A stretch of 64,000 nucleotides of DNA from Octopus bimaculoides (GCF_001194135.2 NC_068984.1:27811323-27875322), one strand, 5' to 3'; positions 1 through 13,253 are shown, counted from the stretch's first letter. Numbers and translations: made by a program. Notes: generated by a model not told the origin, from the letters alone.

Positions 1-2084
1 GAATACAAATGAAAAATTTAAATATTTATTTGTATGAAATTTTCTATTTCCTGGAAATCGTTTCAAATTTTCAAATGCTGGAAGAATGATCCTGTTTTCG
101 TTCTGGTGTTTTAAAAATTATTTTTGGATAGTTAATCAAGAATTGAACCTGGGCCTTTATTTTTTATTCTTTTCTATGCGTTCGTTGTACCTACATTTAC
201 ATTTGGTTTAAATATGTACCCATTTTTTATTTCTTATTTTCTAATGAGGCTATTAAGTCATATCTGAAGAACTTCTCTTGAGATCCATATCCAAGAGCTA
301 TAAAATGTATTTAATAACAAGAATAGTTTCAAAAGATAGAGACATATTTCGAAATAAGATCATTGTCTCTCACAAGAGAGTTCCTACAATAATTTGTTTA
401 GTAAAAGTGAAAGAGAAAGAAAGCTAAAATTATTTTAATTTCACAATTAAATATTTATATATTTCTTGATTCTCTTTTCTTTTCATTTCATCCTATCTCT
501 TCCTTTTGTTTAATTTCATTTTGTGTGTGTGTTTATGAGTTAGTGGGTGTATGTGCATTTGTGTTTGGTGGTATGGATATGTATATATATGCTTATGTGT
601 GGTTTGGGTATGTGCATATATGCTTATATGTGTGTTAATGTGTTTGTGAGTGTATGTATGTTTGTATGTTTGTGAAAATGTGATAAATTGTCAACAAAAT
701 AATACGGAGTGATCAAATATGATGTTAATATGTTTCATTTCATTTTTTATTCTGTGATCATTATTGTCAGTCAATTAGAAGCCATAATTTCTAATTTCTC
801 AGTTGGTCAATTTATTTATATTGATATTTATTTAGATTTTTAATGTTTCCTTTTATCATTTCATTCTATAGAAAAAGAAACACTTAAAAACAGGTGTTAT
901 TATTAGAATAATTCACTGCTTTACCACCAATGTATTCTCTGACAACCACATTTCTATATAAATTATATATATAACATCATAATATATAGATGTATAAAAT
1001 TATCTAATATACCCTGTTTTAAGGTTTTCATTAGTAAAAAACTATTCTATAAATTTTTATAGATAATTAGTGAAACTGACTTCTATTTTATTAAAACACT
1101 TGTGATCAGTGGTTCTTAATATTTCAGAATGGTGCCCCAAATTAGGTTATGAATTCAGGATAGAAACCCAGAAATTGGACAAAAAGTAATAAAAGATATT
1201 TATTCTCTTTTCTACAGATTAAAAAAATGTAGACTATTTAATATACGAGTAAATATAGTGAAAAGTGATTTGATCTTTAATTAAAGAAGAAACACTGATT
1301 TAGTACCTAAAGAATGGGGAAATGGTGACTGAATTAACCTGGTTTCATTCATAACTCTACTAAATATTGAAAATAGATTTTATTGCTTGAAAACTGAATA
1401 TGCAAGTGAAAACAGCCAATTAATTTTATAATTATTGTGATTTAATTCATTTATTTTTTGAGGTCATTTATTTTATGAAGATAGATCTTGATAAGCCTCA
1501 TGGAAACGATTTAAATGTTGTAAATATATCTGTACCATAGCCTATTACTTACCATTTAATAGCTTCACTTGCTGCAATAAAATTGCATTTACTATCATAA
1601 AATGGCACTATAGAATTCTTTAATATTATATAAAGATTATTTTATGCCATGATTTAGTAAAATTAATTAGAAAATGACTGGGTTCATAACTTAGTAGACT
1701 TTTGTTGCAATGTTCTATGCAGGCTCTGTAGATGCCCTTTTCTTGCTAATTCAGTTTCATCTTTAATATCAGAAAGAAGGCTGATGCAAGGTTGCCACAT
1801 TAATATCACATAAATAAGCCAAAATCCTTGTCAGAAACAGAAACTACCAGATAAAGCTAGCCATATATATATATATATATATATANNNNNNNNNNNNNNN
1901 NNNNNNNNNNNNNNNNNNNNNNNNNNNNNNNNNNNNNNNNNNNNNNNNNNNNNNNNNNNNNNNNNNNNNNNNNNNNNNNNNNNNNNNNNNNNNNNNNNNN
2001 NNNNNNNNNNNNNNNNNNNNNNNNNNNNNNNNTTACAGAAAGCAATCACTTAGGCCTGTAAAGCATAAAGGAATAAATAAATAA

Positions 2085-2100
2085 AGTAGTAGTAGTAGTG

Positions 2101-2169
<69 letters not shown>

Positions 2170-2170
2170 A

Positions 2171-2216
<46 letters not shown>
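2085..2216. repeat. (AGT)n microsatellite
   Basis: Direct reading of about 44 AGT units; source of the poly-L and poly-T ORFs. Confidence 0.95.
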
Positions 2217-2217
<1 letters not shown>

Positions 2218-2654
2218 TATAGTTTAAACATTGAAAAATAGAAATAAAGATAAGAAATGTCAAACTTTTCTATAACTATTCTCATTGTTCACAGTTTGGT
2301 GACTATTTGGCTGCAATTTTCTGTTCATTATTTTGGGGAAAAAAAGAATTGTAAATATATATATCTAGTGCTTAATCATATATGTAGATCATTCAAAACA
2401 AAAGTAGTGATACACAGCAGTAACACTGCTTGAAAACTTTTGTACTTTCAAAAAAAAATTTACTTACAAAACTTTTTTGGAACCCACAATAAAATATTGA
2501 TAACCCAAATTTGGTACTGAATCTAAGAAACACAGTTTAGGAAGTTAGTATGTAAAAATTACTGCTGGATCATAAATTAAAGTTTCAGAATATCTATTGA
2601 ATGATGATTTTTGACAAGACCCATCATTATGAAGGAGCGAATAAGATCTGATAT

Positions 2655-2721
2655 CACTTTATGATCAGTAATACACTTTGTGATTAGTAATACACTTTAT
2701 GATTAGTGATACACTTTATGA
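2655..2721. repeat. 19-bp minisatellite, about 3.5 copies
   Basis: CACTTTATGATCAGTAATA / CACTTTGTGATTAGTAATA / CACTTTATGATTAGTGATA / CACTTTATGA. Confidence 0.85.
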
Positions 2722-3195
2722 AGAAAGATTAGAAGAGTGATGACAAAAACAGTACATAAGATAGTAGGAAACTTCACACTTACTATCAAGATTTGGAGTA
2801 AGGGTCTCCTTAGTCATCCATTTTTGGTTATTCCCCAAATTATTTTTTACTGAAAACAATGATCTAACCTGCTCCATTTTATATGGCCTCCAATACTAAT
2901 GGTCAGAGGATAAGAAGTTGTTTTCAGCCTGGAACCAAGTTACACAATATTATAATATAACAATGCAGAGAAAAAAATTTAATATTTTGAATACAATAAT
3001 GACAATGTGATGATATTCAGTAAAAACAAGTAAACAACACAAATGTATTTTACATGAGCTAGAATCACTTTAGCTCTAGAACTGATAATTTTACAAATAA
3101 ATATACTCATTAAAACAGAAAACAACATACATTACACAATAGGCACCAAAGGGTCAGGTGCTAATTCTAAACTGGGTACCAAATTAGGGCTACCG

Positions 3196-3350
3196 TGTAT
3201 GAGAAAGTGGATTCCATACAGTTTACATCTACCAAATTTCACTAAATGAAGGGTATGATAGATGTGAATTGTATAAGGTGCCTCGTAGTGGGATTGAACC
3301 TATTGCTACATGGTTGGAAAGCAGACTTCTAAATCTCACAGATATGTTTT
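3196..3350 (-). mobile_element. Degenerate 5' half of a tRNA-derived SINE (same family as 54959-55349)
   Basis: Matches the reverse complement of the head and core of the 54959 copy (…AAGGTGCCTCGTAGTGGGATTGAACC…TGGTTGGAAAGCAGACTTC). Confidence 0.6.
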
Positions 3351-5102
3351 GCAGCAATATATATTAAAATACTACCAAAAAATTATAAATTTATGGAAAT
3401 AGTGACTGTACATATAAGTATAAAACAGCAGTGACAGTTTCCTGCTAGAAGTATATTGACATTCTCTTCTACACTATAAGTACTTCAAACAGAAATTAAT
3501 AGAATAAAACAAATGTTTGTCAAAATAAAATATCTGGCTAATATAATCAACCAAATTATATAATACTGCAGAGAAAGAAATTTAACACATTAAGTACCAT
3601 GTCTATAATACCAGTAAAAACAAACCATATAAAAGTATATTACATGAACCAAATTGGCTCTAGCTCTAGAATAGATAATCTTGTTATAAAAAAAAAATAC
3701 TCATTGAAACAAAAAATTACATACATTACATCCAATCATAAACTAGCATTAATAATATATTGCAAAAAAGCTCGAAAATTAAAAATCTTCTTATCACTGA
3801 GAAACAATAAGTTTTAAAGCTACACAATAAATTTTAGATGACTAATGTAATTTACAAATTCAGATGTAAATATGAAATTAGTAGCTCAGCTCTTAGATTA
3901 GATACACAAATATCACACTTTCTTGTTGACTGACCAAGAAGTCATTTTAAGAGCTGATATTGTAAGATACAAAATAAAATTGGGTAGAAAATTGGTTGAT
4001 ATTTGTCTTCCAAAAGCACAAATATTAATAATAAAAATGTATATTAATCACAAAATAATAATGCAAAAATCAAGTGATTAATAGTACACTGTCACTACAG
4101 ACTGATGCTTGATATGAACCGGTGAGTGAGTTGCTATGTGGAACTTGATCTGCGCACAAAAGTGGCTAAATCTCACTCAAATCATACCCCCATCATCTTA
4201 GGAAAGAAACAAACAGACTGGATAAAGTAATCCTATATTTTATTGACTTGATCCAGAGGAAAGAGTTGTGAACAATGCCAGATTTAGGTATTAGGGAAGA
4301 ATAATCATGATTTTAAGCTTTGAAATCTGCAGAGGTTGCAAAATAATTAAAATGTATGCTTTCAGTTTATGTAAAAACTTGTCGAGTAATTTTTAAACAA
4401 AGAGCCTTCAAGATTTTTATAACTTAGGTAGTCATCAAGCCTAAATCAGCACTGGATCAATGTGGTTAATGTTCTTCTTCAATATTTACAAGATGACAGC
4501 CGCTAGAAAGACATGTACTGAGAGTGAATGTCAGGGTATGATATTGTGGAGGAAAAACGTTTGTGCAAAATGATTAATAAAAGTGTTGGGAGTGCACATT
4601 CAGTATATTCAATAAGAGATGAGAGTACTGGTGATGTCTAAGTGAATGTAGTATGAGAAGAGTAGCCTACATCAAAGACACTGTAGAAGTGGTATAAAAA
4701 GAAGGCATAGAAATAAGACAACACATCTGTGGGTCAGAGGCAGGAGTGCACTAGTAACCAAATCAGTTGGATGACATTATGGGGGATGCACTATGATATT
4801 CACTGTGTGTAACAGCAGTACCCAGCCATGTGCGGGAACAGTATTCCATTGTGGGACTCACTAGAGCTTTATAGAAGGTTAGTAGCTGATGTATTTTCTG
4901 GTTTTGGACCGCAATACCAGTCTTTGTGATGCAGCTTTGGTTATGCTGAAAATGTATAGCGACAATAGAGATCTCCAGCGGTAGTGATGTTTAGCTTTAG
5001 AGTGACTGTGATGGTTCTAGTAGTGTGCTGTTTGTATTTAAGGGAATATTTCCTTGATATATACATGTGTGTGTATCGTCCTCCCCCCCTCGTCCTCCTC
5101 CT

Positions 5103-5110
5103 CATCATCG

Positions 5111-5147
<37 letters not shown>

Positions 5148-5940
5148 TTAACGTCCGCTTTCCATGTTGGGTTAGACGGTTTGATTGGAACTGGTAAGCC
5201 AGAGGGCTGCACCAGGTTCCAGTCTGCTTTGGCATGGCGTCTTTGGCTGGATACCTTCCTAACGCCAACCACTCCGAGAGTGTAGTGGGTGCCTTTTACG
5301 TGCCACCGGCACAGATTCCATTTACATGACACTAGTAACAGCCACGACTACGACTTCACTTGGTTTGACGGATCTTCTGAAGCACAGCATATCGCCAAAA
5401 GTCTGTTACTAGTCATCACCTCCGTGAGGCCTAACATTCGAAGATCATACGTCATCACCTCATCCTATATCTTCCTGGGTCTACTTCTTCCATAGGTTCT
5501 CACTACAGTTAGAGATCGGCACTTCTTTATACAGCTTTTCTCGTCCATATGCATCACATGACTATACCAACACATTCGTTTCTCTTGCACGCCACATCTG
5601 ATGCTTCTTAAACCCAATTTTTCTTTTAAAACACTTACACTCTGTCGCTCATGCACACTGACATTGCACATCCAGCGAAGCATACTAGCTTCATTTCTTC
5701 GAAGCCTTTGCATATCTGCGGTTACAGTCCACTTTTCACTGCCGTGGAGCATGGCTGTTTGCACAAAGGCAACAATCTGCCTTTCATTCTGAGGGAGAGG
5801 CCCTTTGTACCAACAGAGGTAGAAGGTCTCTGAACTTTGTCCAGCCTATTCTTATTCTAATAGCTACACTCTCGGACCATTCCTTCCACTGCTGACTTGG
5901 TCACCTAGATAACAAAAGTTACCAATTACTTCTTGATGGA
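5103..5940 (-). mobile_element. 5'-truncated RTE-clade LINE (RT C-terminus, 3' UTR, (GAT)n tail)
   Basis: Minus ORF TAMLHGSEKWTVT…LRRNEASMLRWMCNVS…LRSIRCGVQEKRMCWYSHVMHM…GRSRPRK is typical of the RTE C-terminal region; (CAT)n tract at 5103-5147. Confidence 0.9.
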
Positions 5941-5983
5941 GTCTATTTTCTTTATCTTTACATAGTAGTGTTTATTGTACCTA

Positions 5984-6038
<55 letters not shown>

Positions 6039-6102
6039 ATGTATGTATATATATGCACATATACACAGACATATATATATACATACATATATATACAAAT
6101 AT

Positions 6103-6150
<48 letters not shown>

Positions 6151-6174
6151 ATGCCCACTGTAAGCTATGGACAC

Positions 6175-7540
6175 ATAAGAGGTGCAGCTATATCAAAGGA
6201 AGGCTAACTAGCAAGATNNNNNNNNNNTAAGAGGTGCAGCTATATCAAAGGAAGGCTAACTAGCAAGATAGTTTTTGTATGTGGCAGATGCTCAGGGGCA
6301 ATAAACACTGGAAATGTGCAGAGAACAACTTCTGTCACATTCCAGGGAGAAAAGCTAGAAGTAGTTGACAGCTTCCGTTACCTAGGTGACCAAGTCATTA
6401 GTTGGGGTGGATGCTCTGAAAGTGTAGCTGCTAGAATAAGAATAGCCTGGGCAAAGTTCAGAGAGCTCCTACCTCTACTGATGACAAAGGGCTTCTCGTT
6501 CAGAGTACAAGGTAGACTGTATGATGCATGTGTACGAACAGCCATGCTACATGGCAGTGAAACATGGGCCGTGACTGCTGAGGACACGTGTAAGCTTGCA
6601 AGGAATGAAGCGAGTATGCTCCGCTGAATGTGTAATGTCAGTGTGCATACATAACAGAGTGAGAGCGCCTTGAGAGAAAAGTTGGACATAAGAAGCATCA
6701 GATGTGGCGTGCAAGAGAGACGACTGCGCTGGTATGGACATGTGGTGCGAATAGATGAGGACAGCTGTGTGAAAAAGTGTCGCACCCTAGCAGTTGAGGG
6801 AATCTGTGGAAAAGGTAGACCCAGGAAGACCTGGAATGAGGTGGTGAATCATGCCCTTCAAACAGTGGGCCTCACCAAGGCAATGACTAGTGACCGAGAC
6901 CTTTGGAAATATGCTGTGCTTGAGAAGACCAGCAAGACAAGTGAGAACATAACCCGTGGTCTATGCCAGCGGTGTAATCAGCCTACTAATGCGTTACTTG
7001 CGAAGACCTGTTGAGGCAAGTGCAATCACAATCAAAATCAAATTCACTGACGTGGCCGATGACATCACCGCCTGACTGGCACCCGTGCCAGTGGAACATT
7101 AAAAGCACCAGCCGAGCGTGATCGTTGCCAGGGCTGCTCACTGGCTCCCGTGCCGGCGGCACATAAAAAGCACCACTCGAGCGTATGCGTTACCAGCATC
7201 ACCTTACTGGTACTTGTGCCGGTGGCACGTGAAAAACAACACTCGTGCGAGGTCGTTGCCAGTGCCGCTGGATTGGCTCATGTGCAGGTGGTACACAAAA
7301 GACACCATTTGATTGTGGCCGTCGCCAGTACCACATGACTGGCCCTAGTACCGGTGGCACGTAAAAGCATCCACTACACTCTCGGATTGGTTGGCATTGG
7401 GAAGGGTATCCAGCAGTAGAAACTCTGCCAGATCAGACTGGAGCCTGGTGCAGCCATCTGGCTCGCCAGTCCTCAGTCAAATCGTCCAACCCATGCCAGC
7501 ATTGAAAGCGGACGTTAAAGGATAATGATGATGATGTTGA
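6175..7540 (+). mobile_element. 5'-truncated RTE-clade LINE with long 3' UTR and (GAT)n tail
   Basis: LEVVDSFRYLGDQV…ARIRIAWAKFRELLPLL…GRLYDACVRTAMLHGSETW…ERRLRWYGHVVR…GRPRKTWNEVV with one stop near 6627; tail …CATGCCAGCATTGAAAGCGGACGTTAAA-GATGAT. Confidence 0.92.
7075..7375 (+). repeat. About 5 diverged tandem units of about 60 bp within the RTE 3' UTR
   Basis: Recurrent GTGCC(A/G)GTGG(C/A)AC(G/A)T(A/G)AAAAGCACC motif followed by CGTTGCCAG-like motifs. Confidence 0.75.
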
Positions 7541-8789
7541 TGATATATATGTATATATATGTATTTATATATATGCACATATATATGCGCGCACACCCAC
7601 ACACACACAAAGTCATATATTTGTAGTCATCGTGTTTCTGAACTGATGAAGCAAATAGATGAGTCATGACCTTCTTGAGTTCTCTACTCATGAAGTCATT
7701 GTAGATTTGATGTGAAACGTCTAAGCTACATATTGACGATGCTTGAAAGTGGAGAATTCGGGAGGAATAACGGCTGGTATTAGTTGTGTTGTAGTGGACA
7801 CTGTTAGGAATGATGGAAAGTAGGTCATTGAAAGTAGAGTGTGAGGGGCAACATTGAAACTTTAGGTGTATGACAGTTGATAAAGCGTGTTTCTGATAGA
7901 ATTTCATCAACACATATTGCAATGTAATGGGATGTTCTGAGAGGAGGCGAGTGATTTAAAAGGTGAGAGATGATTGGGAATGTTGGCAGGCAATTTTATC
8001 TGAGATTTGCATGTTAAACATGGTTAAAAACCTTATTGATGTGAACAATAGTAATATTTTCACAAAATTTCTCAAGGACAAAGAACCGCTAATAATATAG
8101 GAGAACTATCCCAAATTGACAGGCTGGTCTTAGCTAGAATAATTTTGATTATAGGTTTTCTCGATCTGTTAAAACTCAAGGATAGTAAGGTTTTCTACAC
8201 AATTCATCCATTCATCTGTCTATCCATCCATAAATACATACGTACATACATGAAAATATGCACGTGTGCATACCTACCTACCTACCTACCTACCTACCTA
8301 CCTACCTACCTACCTACCTACATACATACATACATTCATACATGCGTATATACATAGCTGTTTAGCATTACTGCATGTTGTTAAATCTTCAGACCTAACA
8401 CTTGATACAATGACCAATCAACTTCCTGACTGCTGAAACGAATCCAATATCGATAGACAAAATATTTGAACAAAAAGCGATGCAAAACACATGCATCATT
8501 CCTATGATTCTTGTTTAGAATAAAATTGTTATAACAACTGTGCTTAGCTTATTTCGTCTAGGAAGTAAAAACAAAACGATTTTGAACGATTTTGAAATGC
8601 TGAATTATATTGGAAATGTATTTTTTAAAACCAGCATACAGATCTAATAACAAACTATAATTTTTTAAATATAATACAGTAAAGAGCTGAGTATAACAAT
8701 ATTTTCTATACCACATATACAAGTATACATAGAAGCATGTATGTATAAATACACATACTACATACTTTCAGGCATCTGTAAACACATGC

Positions 8790-9010
8790 TAGGTTGAGTC
8801 AAAAGTTTTTTCGGATTTCTATTAATGAATTTTGGCAATATGTATCTTCATGTTAAAACCTTAATTTGATACAACTTGTTGTCCAATAGCTGCTGAATTG
8901 TTTATTCTTTATTTTCATATATAATATAGAAACATCAATTATTGATTTCTTTATTTTACACACTTGAAAATGAATGGTGAAAAATTGGAATTAGTGCCAT
9001 TTTTCCAAAA
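8790..9010 (+). mobile_element. Possible 5' end of a mariner-type element
   Basis: TA-GGTTGAGTCAAAAG resembles a mariner TIR; no matching right TIR found. Confidence 0.3.
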
Positions 9011-9016
9011 GAATAT

Positions 9017-9164
9017 AATGGAGTGTTAGGTAATCCATATATATAACTCTACACTCATGAGGGATAGCTGATATGGAATGGAATATGGCCGTATTCCCTC
9101 TCATATCGGCTCTTTATGATGAGCGTAAAGTTATATGTATTGGATTGTTACCTAAGACACCATT
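9017..9164. repeat. About 150-bp imperfect palindrome (MITE-like hairpin)
   Basis: AATGGAGTGTTAGGTAATCCATATATATAACTCTACACTCAT pairs with the reverse complement of ATGAGCGTAAAGTTATATGTATTGGATTGTTACCTAAGACACCATT; inner stem AGCTGATATG/CATATCGGCT. Confidence 0.8.
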
Positions 9165-9266
9165 GTATTCTTTACATGAAACCGATTGGAAAGACTAGCT
9201 GTGATGGATACCTAATACTATAAAAGTCGGATAATACACCCACTCTACTGACAGTTGTACGCGTGC

Positions 9267-9279
9267 AGATCGGAAGAGC
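9267..9279 (+). other. Illumina adapter remnant (assembly artefact)
   Basis: Exact AGATCGGAAGAGC ending at the N-gap. Confidence 0.9.
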
Positions 9280-9347
9280 NNNNNNNNNNNNNNNNNNNNN
9301 NNNNNNNNNNNNNNNNNNNNNNNNNNNNNNNNNNNNNNNNNNNNNNN

Positions 9348-9397
<50 letters not shown>

Positions 9398-10184
9398 GAT
9401 GAAGCATATTTTGTTGTGTCAGGGGAGAGTCATTCTCTTTTTGTGCCTTATTATTTTACACACTCACCGGTTCAGTTTCCACATTTACTTCTTTATTTTT
9501 TTCTCAAATTTTCGTTGCATCTTGCAACATTTTCAATAGTTGTTGACTGTCCGTTCTCTGAGCTGCGTTCCTTTTGTTTGTTTGTGCGCGCTCGTGTGTG
9601 TGCGTGCGCACACATGTGCACAACAAGCAAAAAAAAAAAAACGCAGCTCATAGAATGGACAGAGTCAACGACTATTGAAAAGGTTGAAAGACGCACCGAA
9701 ATTTTTAGAAAAAATAAAAATGTGGCTGGATGGAAACTGAACTGGTGAGTGTGCTAAATAATAAGGCACTAAAAGAAAATGTCTCTCCCCAGACACAACA
9801 ATATACATACATATATATGCATATCTATCTATCTATCTATCTATCTATNNNNNNNNNNNNNNNNNNNNNNNNNNNNNNNNNNNNATATATATATATATAT
9901 ATATACATGTATGTATATATAAGAGCAAGTATTTATACACAAAAACGCATTGAAGCAAACGAACAATATATTTACAGGGAATATTTCAACAACAAGAAAA
10001 AGAAGAGAATGCGAAACTACCGAAACAGTTAATAGAATAGGAAATAACCTTAAAAATACAATGTAACAGGCTTGCAAATAAGCATCTAGTGAAACTACTT
10101 TATTGAAAATGGAGAAATAGAATATGATGAAATGGAAAACCAAAGGGAGAAACATGAGATTAAGAATAGAATAAATTAATACTA

Positions 10185-10354
10185 TAGGCGCAAAGTCTAA
10201 AATACTGGTGTCAACAGATACTCTTTTCATCGATCCCGAAAAAATGAAAAGCAAAGTTGACCTCGACTACATCTGAGCGCAGAATGTAACGCTGGAAGAA
10301 ATACCATTAAGCATTCTGTCCCGCGTGCTAACGATTCTGCCATCTCGTCGCCGT
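10185..10354 (-). mobile_element. SINE (family of 26274-26488), degenerate
   Basis: Reverse complement of GGCGACGAGATGGCAGAATCGTTAGCACGCGGG…GAGGTCAACTTTGCTTTTCATTTTTTCGGGATCGATG. Confidence 0.75.
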
Positions 10355-11004
10355 AAGAATAAAGACTAGACCACATTTTGGGCGTATTGATTCATTAGCA
10401 ACTTCATGGAGCTATGTATTTCCCACTAATACACAGAGAAATATATACACATATATATAATGGCAGTAGAAGGGATTTTAGGATAGACTGATTGCTGTAT
10501 CTAGCAGGAGATGCATTCATACGCAGGCTCTTCCTTCTTGGTTTGGATTATACTTTGGCGTACATCAATTGTCGAAAAACGATGGCAAAAGGTCGTGTCA
10601 TTCACTTCATTTGTATGATAGAAACTATATTATTCAATAAAGTTTTAATCTAATGGTAGCGTTTGTAAGAATTTTGGACGCTATTTTTAAGAGGTTGGGC
10701 AAAAACGGGATTGCTATGTGTGCGTAACCCCTGTTATCTCTGATGGTAAAAGTATTGAGAAGAGTGATTGCAACCGCTGTACTACGTCAGTACGTCCATC
10801 ATATCCTTTCACACACACACTAAACACACACACACACAGACACACACATATGTGCACGTGTGTGTATATATCTATATGCATGTATTTGTGTATGCATGTA
10901 CACCTCTTTCTACTGCAGCTGATGATAATAGTAGAGTTAGAAAAGGAGGCAAAAGTCAAAACCTTATATTGTTTATTCGTGGAGATGCTATATATTATCG
11001 CCTT

Positions 11005-11125
11005 AGCGACCAATTTTCCATGCTTGCATGGATCACAGAGAGTTAAGGCAGATTTTCTACGGCCTAATGTCTTTTTTTCACCAACCCTCACCTGTTTCCA
11101 AGTAAAGTAATATTTCCACTTGGCC
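11005..11125 (-). mobile_element. 3' tail of an RTE-related SINE/LINE
   Basis: Minus GGAAACAGGTGAGGGTTGG…GGCCGTAGAAAATCTGCC…CCATGCAAGCATGGAAAA resembles the RTE tail at 7380-7520. Confidence 0.55.
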
Positions 11126-11331
11126 AGACATATTTTCACGGAAGACAGGAGACAAATGTATGAATGCGACACTCGCTTATAATTATCACCTGATTACAAA
11201 AGATATGTATTTCACATACTCTCAGAGATTTATATTCTTGCGACGTCAATGTATTTATGTGTGTGCGTGTGTGTCTATAAACTCACTTGGAAATGGATGC
11301 GTCGCGTTCAATTAAATAATAAATAATATAG

Positions 11332-11368
<37 letters not shown>

Positions 11369-11659
11369 NNNNNNNNNNNNNNNNNNNNNNNNNNNNNNNN
11401 NNNNNNNNNNNNNNNNNNNNNNNNNNNNNNNNNNNNNNNNNNNNNNNNNNNNNNNNNNNNNNNNNNNNNNNNNNNNNNNNNNNNNNNNNNNNNNNNNNNN
11501 NNNNNNNNNNNNNNNNNNNNNNNNNNNNNNNNNNNNNNNNNNNNNNNNNNNNNNNNNNNNNNNNNNNNNNNNNNNNNNNNNNNNNNNNNNNNNNNNNNNN
11601 NNNNNNNNNNNNNNNNNNNNNNNNNNNNNNNNNNNNNNNNNNNNNNNNNNNNNATACAT

Positions 11660-12080
11660 ACATATATGGGTCCAGGACGTCACCAATTGTACAAATAACA
11701 TGAAATACGTAAACAACGAGAAAAGGAAAAAATGGAAAGCAGTACAAGTTAACACAGGGAAAGGACCCTTCATTAGTTGTTGGCGATCTTTCTACTCCTC
11801 ATTTCGAGCATTCAACAACAATATGAGTTTTCGAAGACAGTTGCTTCCATAAATTCTAAAATAAAATTTAGGATTTATAGAGGGCCAAATTTGGGAACAA
11901 AAGAATGACATTGGAGAGATATTCGAAATAAGGATAGAGATATTACGAGTTTGAAGATTTAATGTACTCCCCTTCAGTACTGCATTTCGCCAAATGGATG
12001 GAACTTTGTTCTTGTCAGTACTACTAACTAAAATCTCTGAAGGGAGGATGGGAGAATTGATGTTTTTTCCGGTCACATAT
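11660..12080 (-). mobile_element. Possible Penelope-like remnant abutting (TA)n/gap
   Basis: Weak IFKL-like GIY-YIG C-terminal reading; CTAATGAAGGG half-motif; same microsatellite-adjacent layout as other copies. Confidence 0.3.
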
Positions 12081-13212
12081 ATACATATCGTCGCATAATC
12101 GTCATTATAATAACATTATTACTTTATTTACTTGCTGAAAATAAATATTTCAATATATATCATTGCTTACATATATTGCCTCAGTGAAATATCTTTCCTT
12201 TCTCTGGTCCATTCTTTAGAACTTTTGTTTCGAAATTGCTACCAATTTCCGTTAAAATTTGGCAGTTATCTTTCCAGTAAAAATTAGAACCTCTGGCTCT
12301 TCTGTAGTAGCAAGTAGGAACCACACAGCAATTTGTGACAAAGCAGCAAGTATATAATTCCAGATAACAACTGCTGGCAGACATATTTAAAAGTTTACAG
12401 AATTTTGGCACGAAATGCAATTCATATTTTGTTGCCCCTCACAGAACTTTACCTTATCAAATAGCTAATTAAAACTAATTGCGTTAATATGATTGCGAGT
12501 AACCTACAATCAAAAGATTACAATCAGAAATATCCATCTCTATGTTTCCTTGATGATATGTTATTATTTCCTCTGCTCTAGTATACCCCATCACTTCCCC
12601 CCTCTCTCTCTCGCATTCTTTCTTTCTCTCTCACACGCTCTCTCTCTCTTTACCTCATTCTCTCAAATTCATAGATATATAAATGAAAATTGTGTACACA
12701 CAGATATGTGAGCGTGTGTGTTTGTGTGTATGTATGCGTGCGTGTGCGCGCGCGCGTGCATGTGTGCATGCCGGAAGATTTAATCATATGTAAATTTATA
12801 TATTTATGTACGCGTGCTCATGTGTTACATGTATGCACACACACACACACGCACACACACACACACACACACATAGANNNNNNNNNNNNNNNNNNNNNNN
12901 NNNNNNNNNNNNNNNNNNNNNNNNNNNNNNNNNNNNNNNNNNNNNNNNNNNNNNNNNNNNNNNNNNNNNNNNNNNNNNNNNNNNNNNNNNNNNNNNNNNN
13001 NNNNNNNNNNNNNNNNNNNNNNNNNNNNNNNNNNNNNNNNNNNNNNNNNNNNNNNNNNNNNNNNNNNNNNNNNNNNNNNNNNNNNNNNNNNNNNNNNNNN
13101 NNNNNNNNNNNNNNNNNNNNNNNNNNNNNNNNNNNNNNNNNNNNNNNNNNNNNNNNNNNNNNNNNNNNNNNNNNNNNNNNNNNNNNNNNNNNNNNNNNNN
13201 NNNNNNNNNNNN

Positions 13213-13253
<41 letters not shown>

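Noticed and set aside
1128-1248. Two phase-compatible exon-like segments (WCPKLGYEFRIETQKLDK / LKKCRLFNIR)
   Set aside because: Would need a 32-nt intron; no recognisable protein.
1831-2285. ORFs with poly-L, poly-T, IYIY, CVCV, HTHT or X runs (here and throughout)
   Set aside because: Translations of microsatellites and N-gaps; no coding signal.
7075-7375. CRISPR-like repeat array
   Set aside because: Whole units are homologous with no unique spacers, and they lie inside a LINE 3' UTR.
11755-11790. CTAATGAAGGG…CCC half hammerhead on the minus strand
   Set aside because: No GAAA after stem II, so the core is incomplete.
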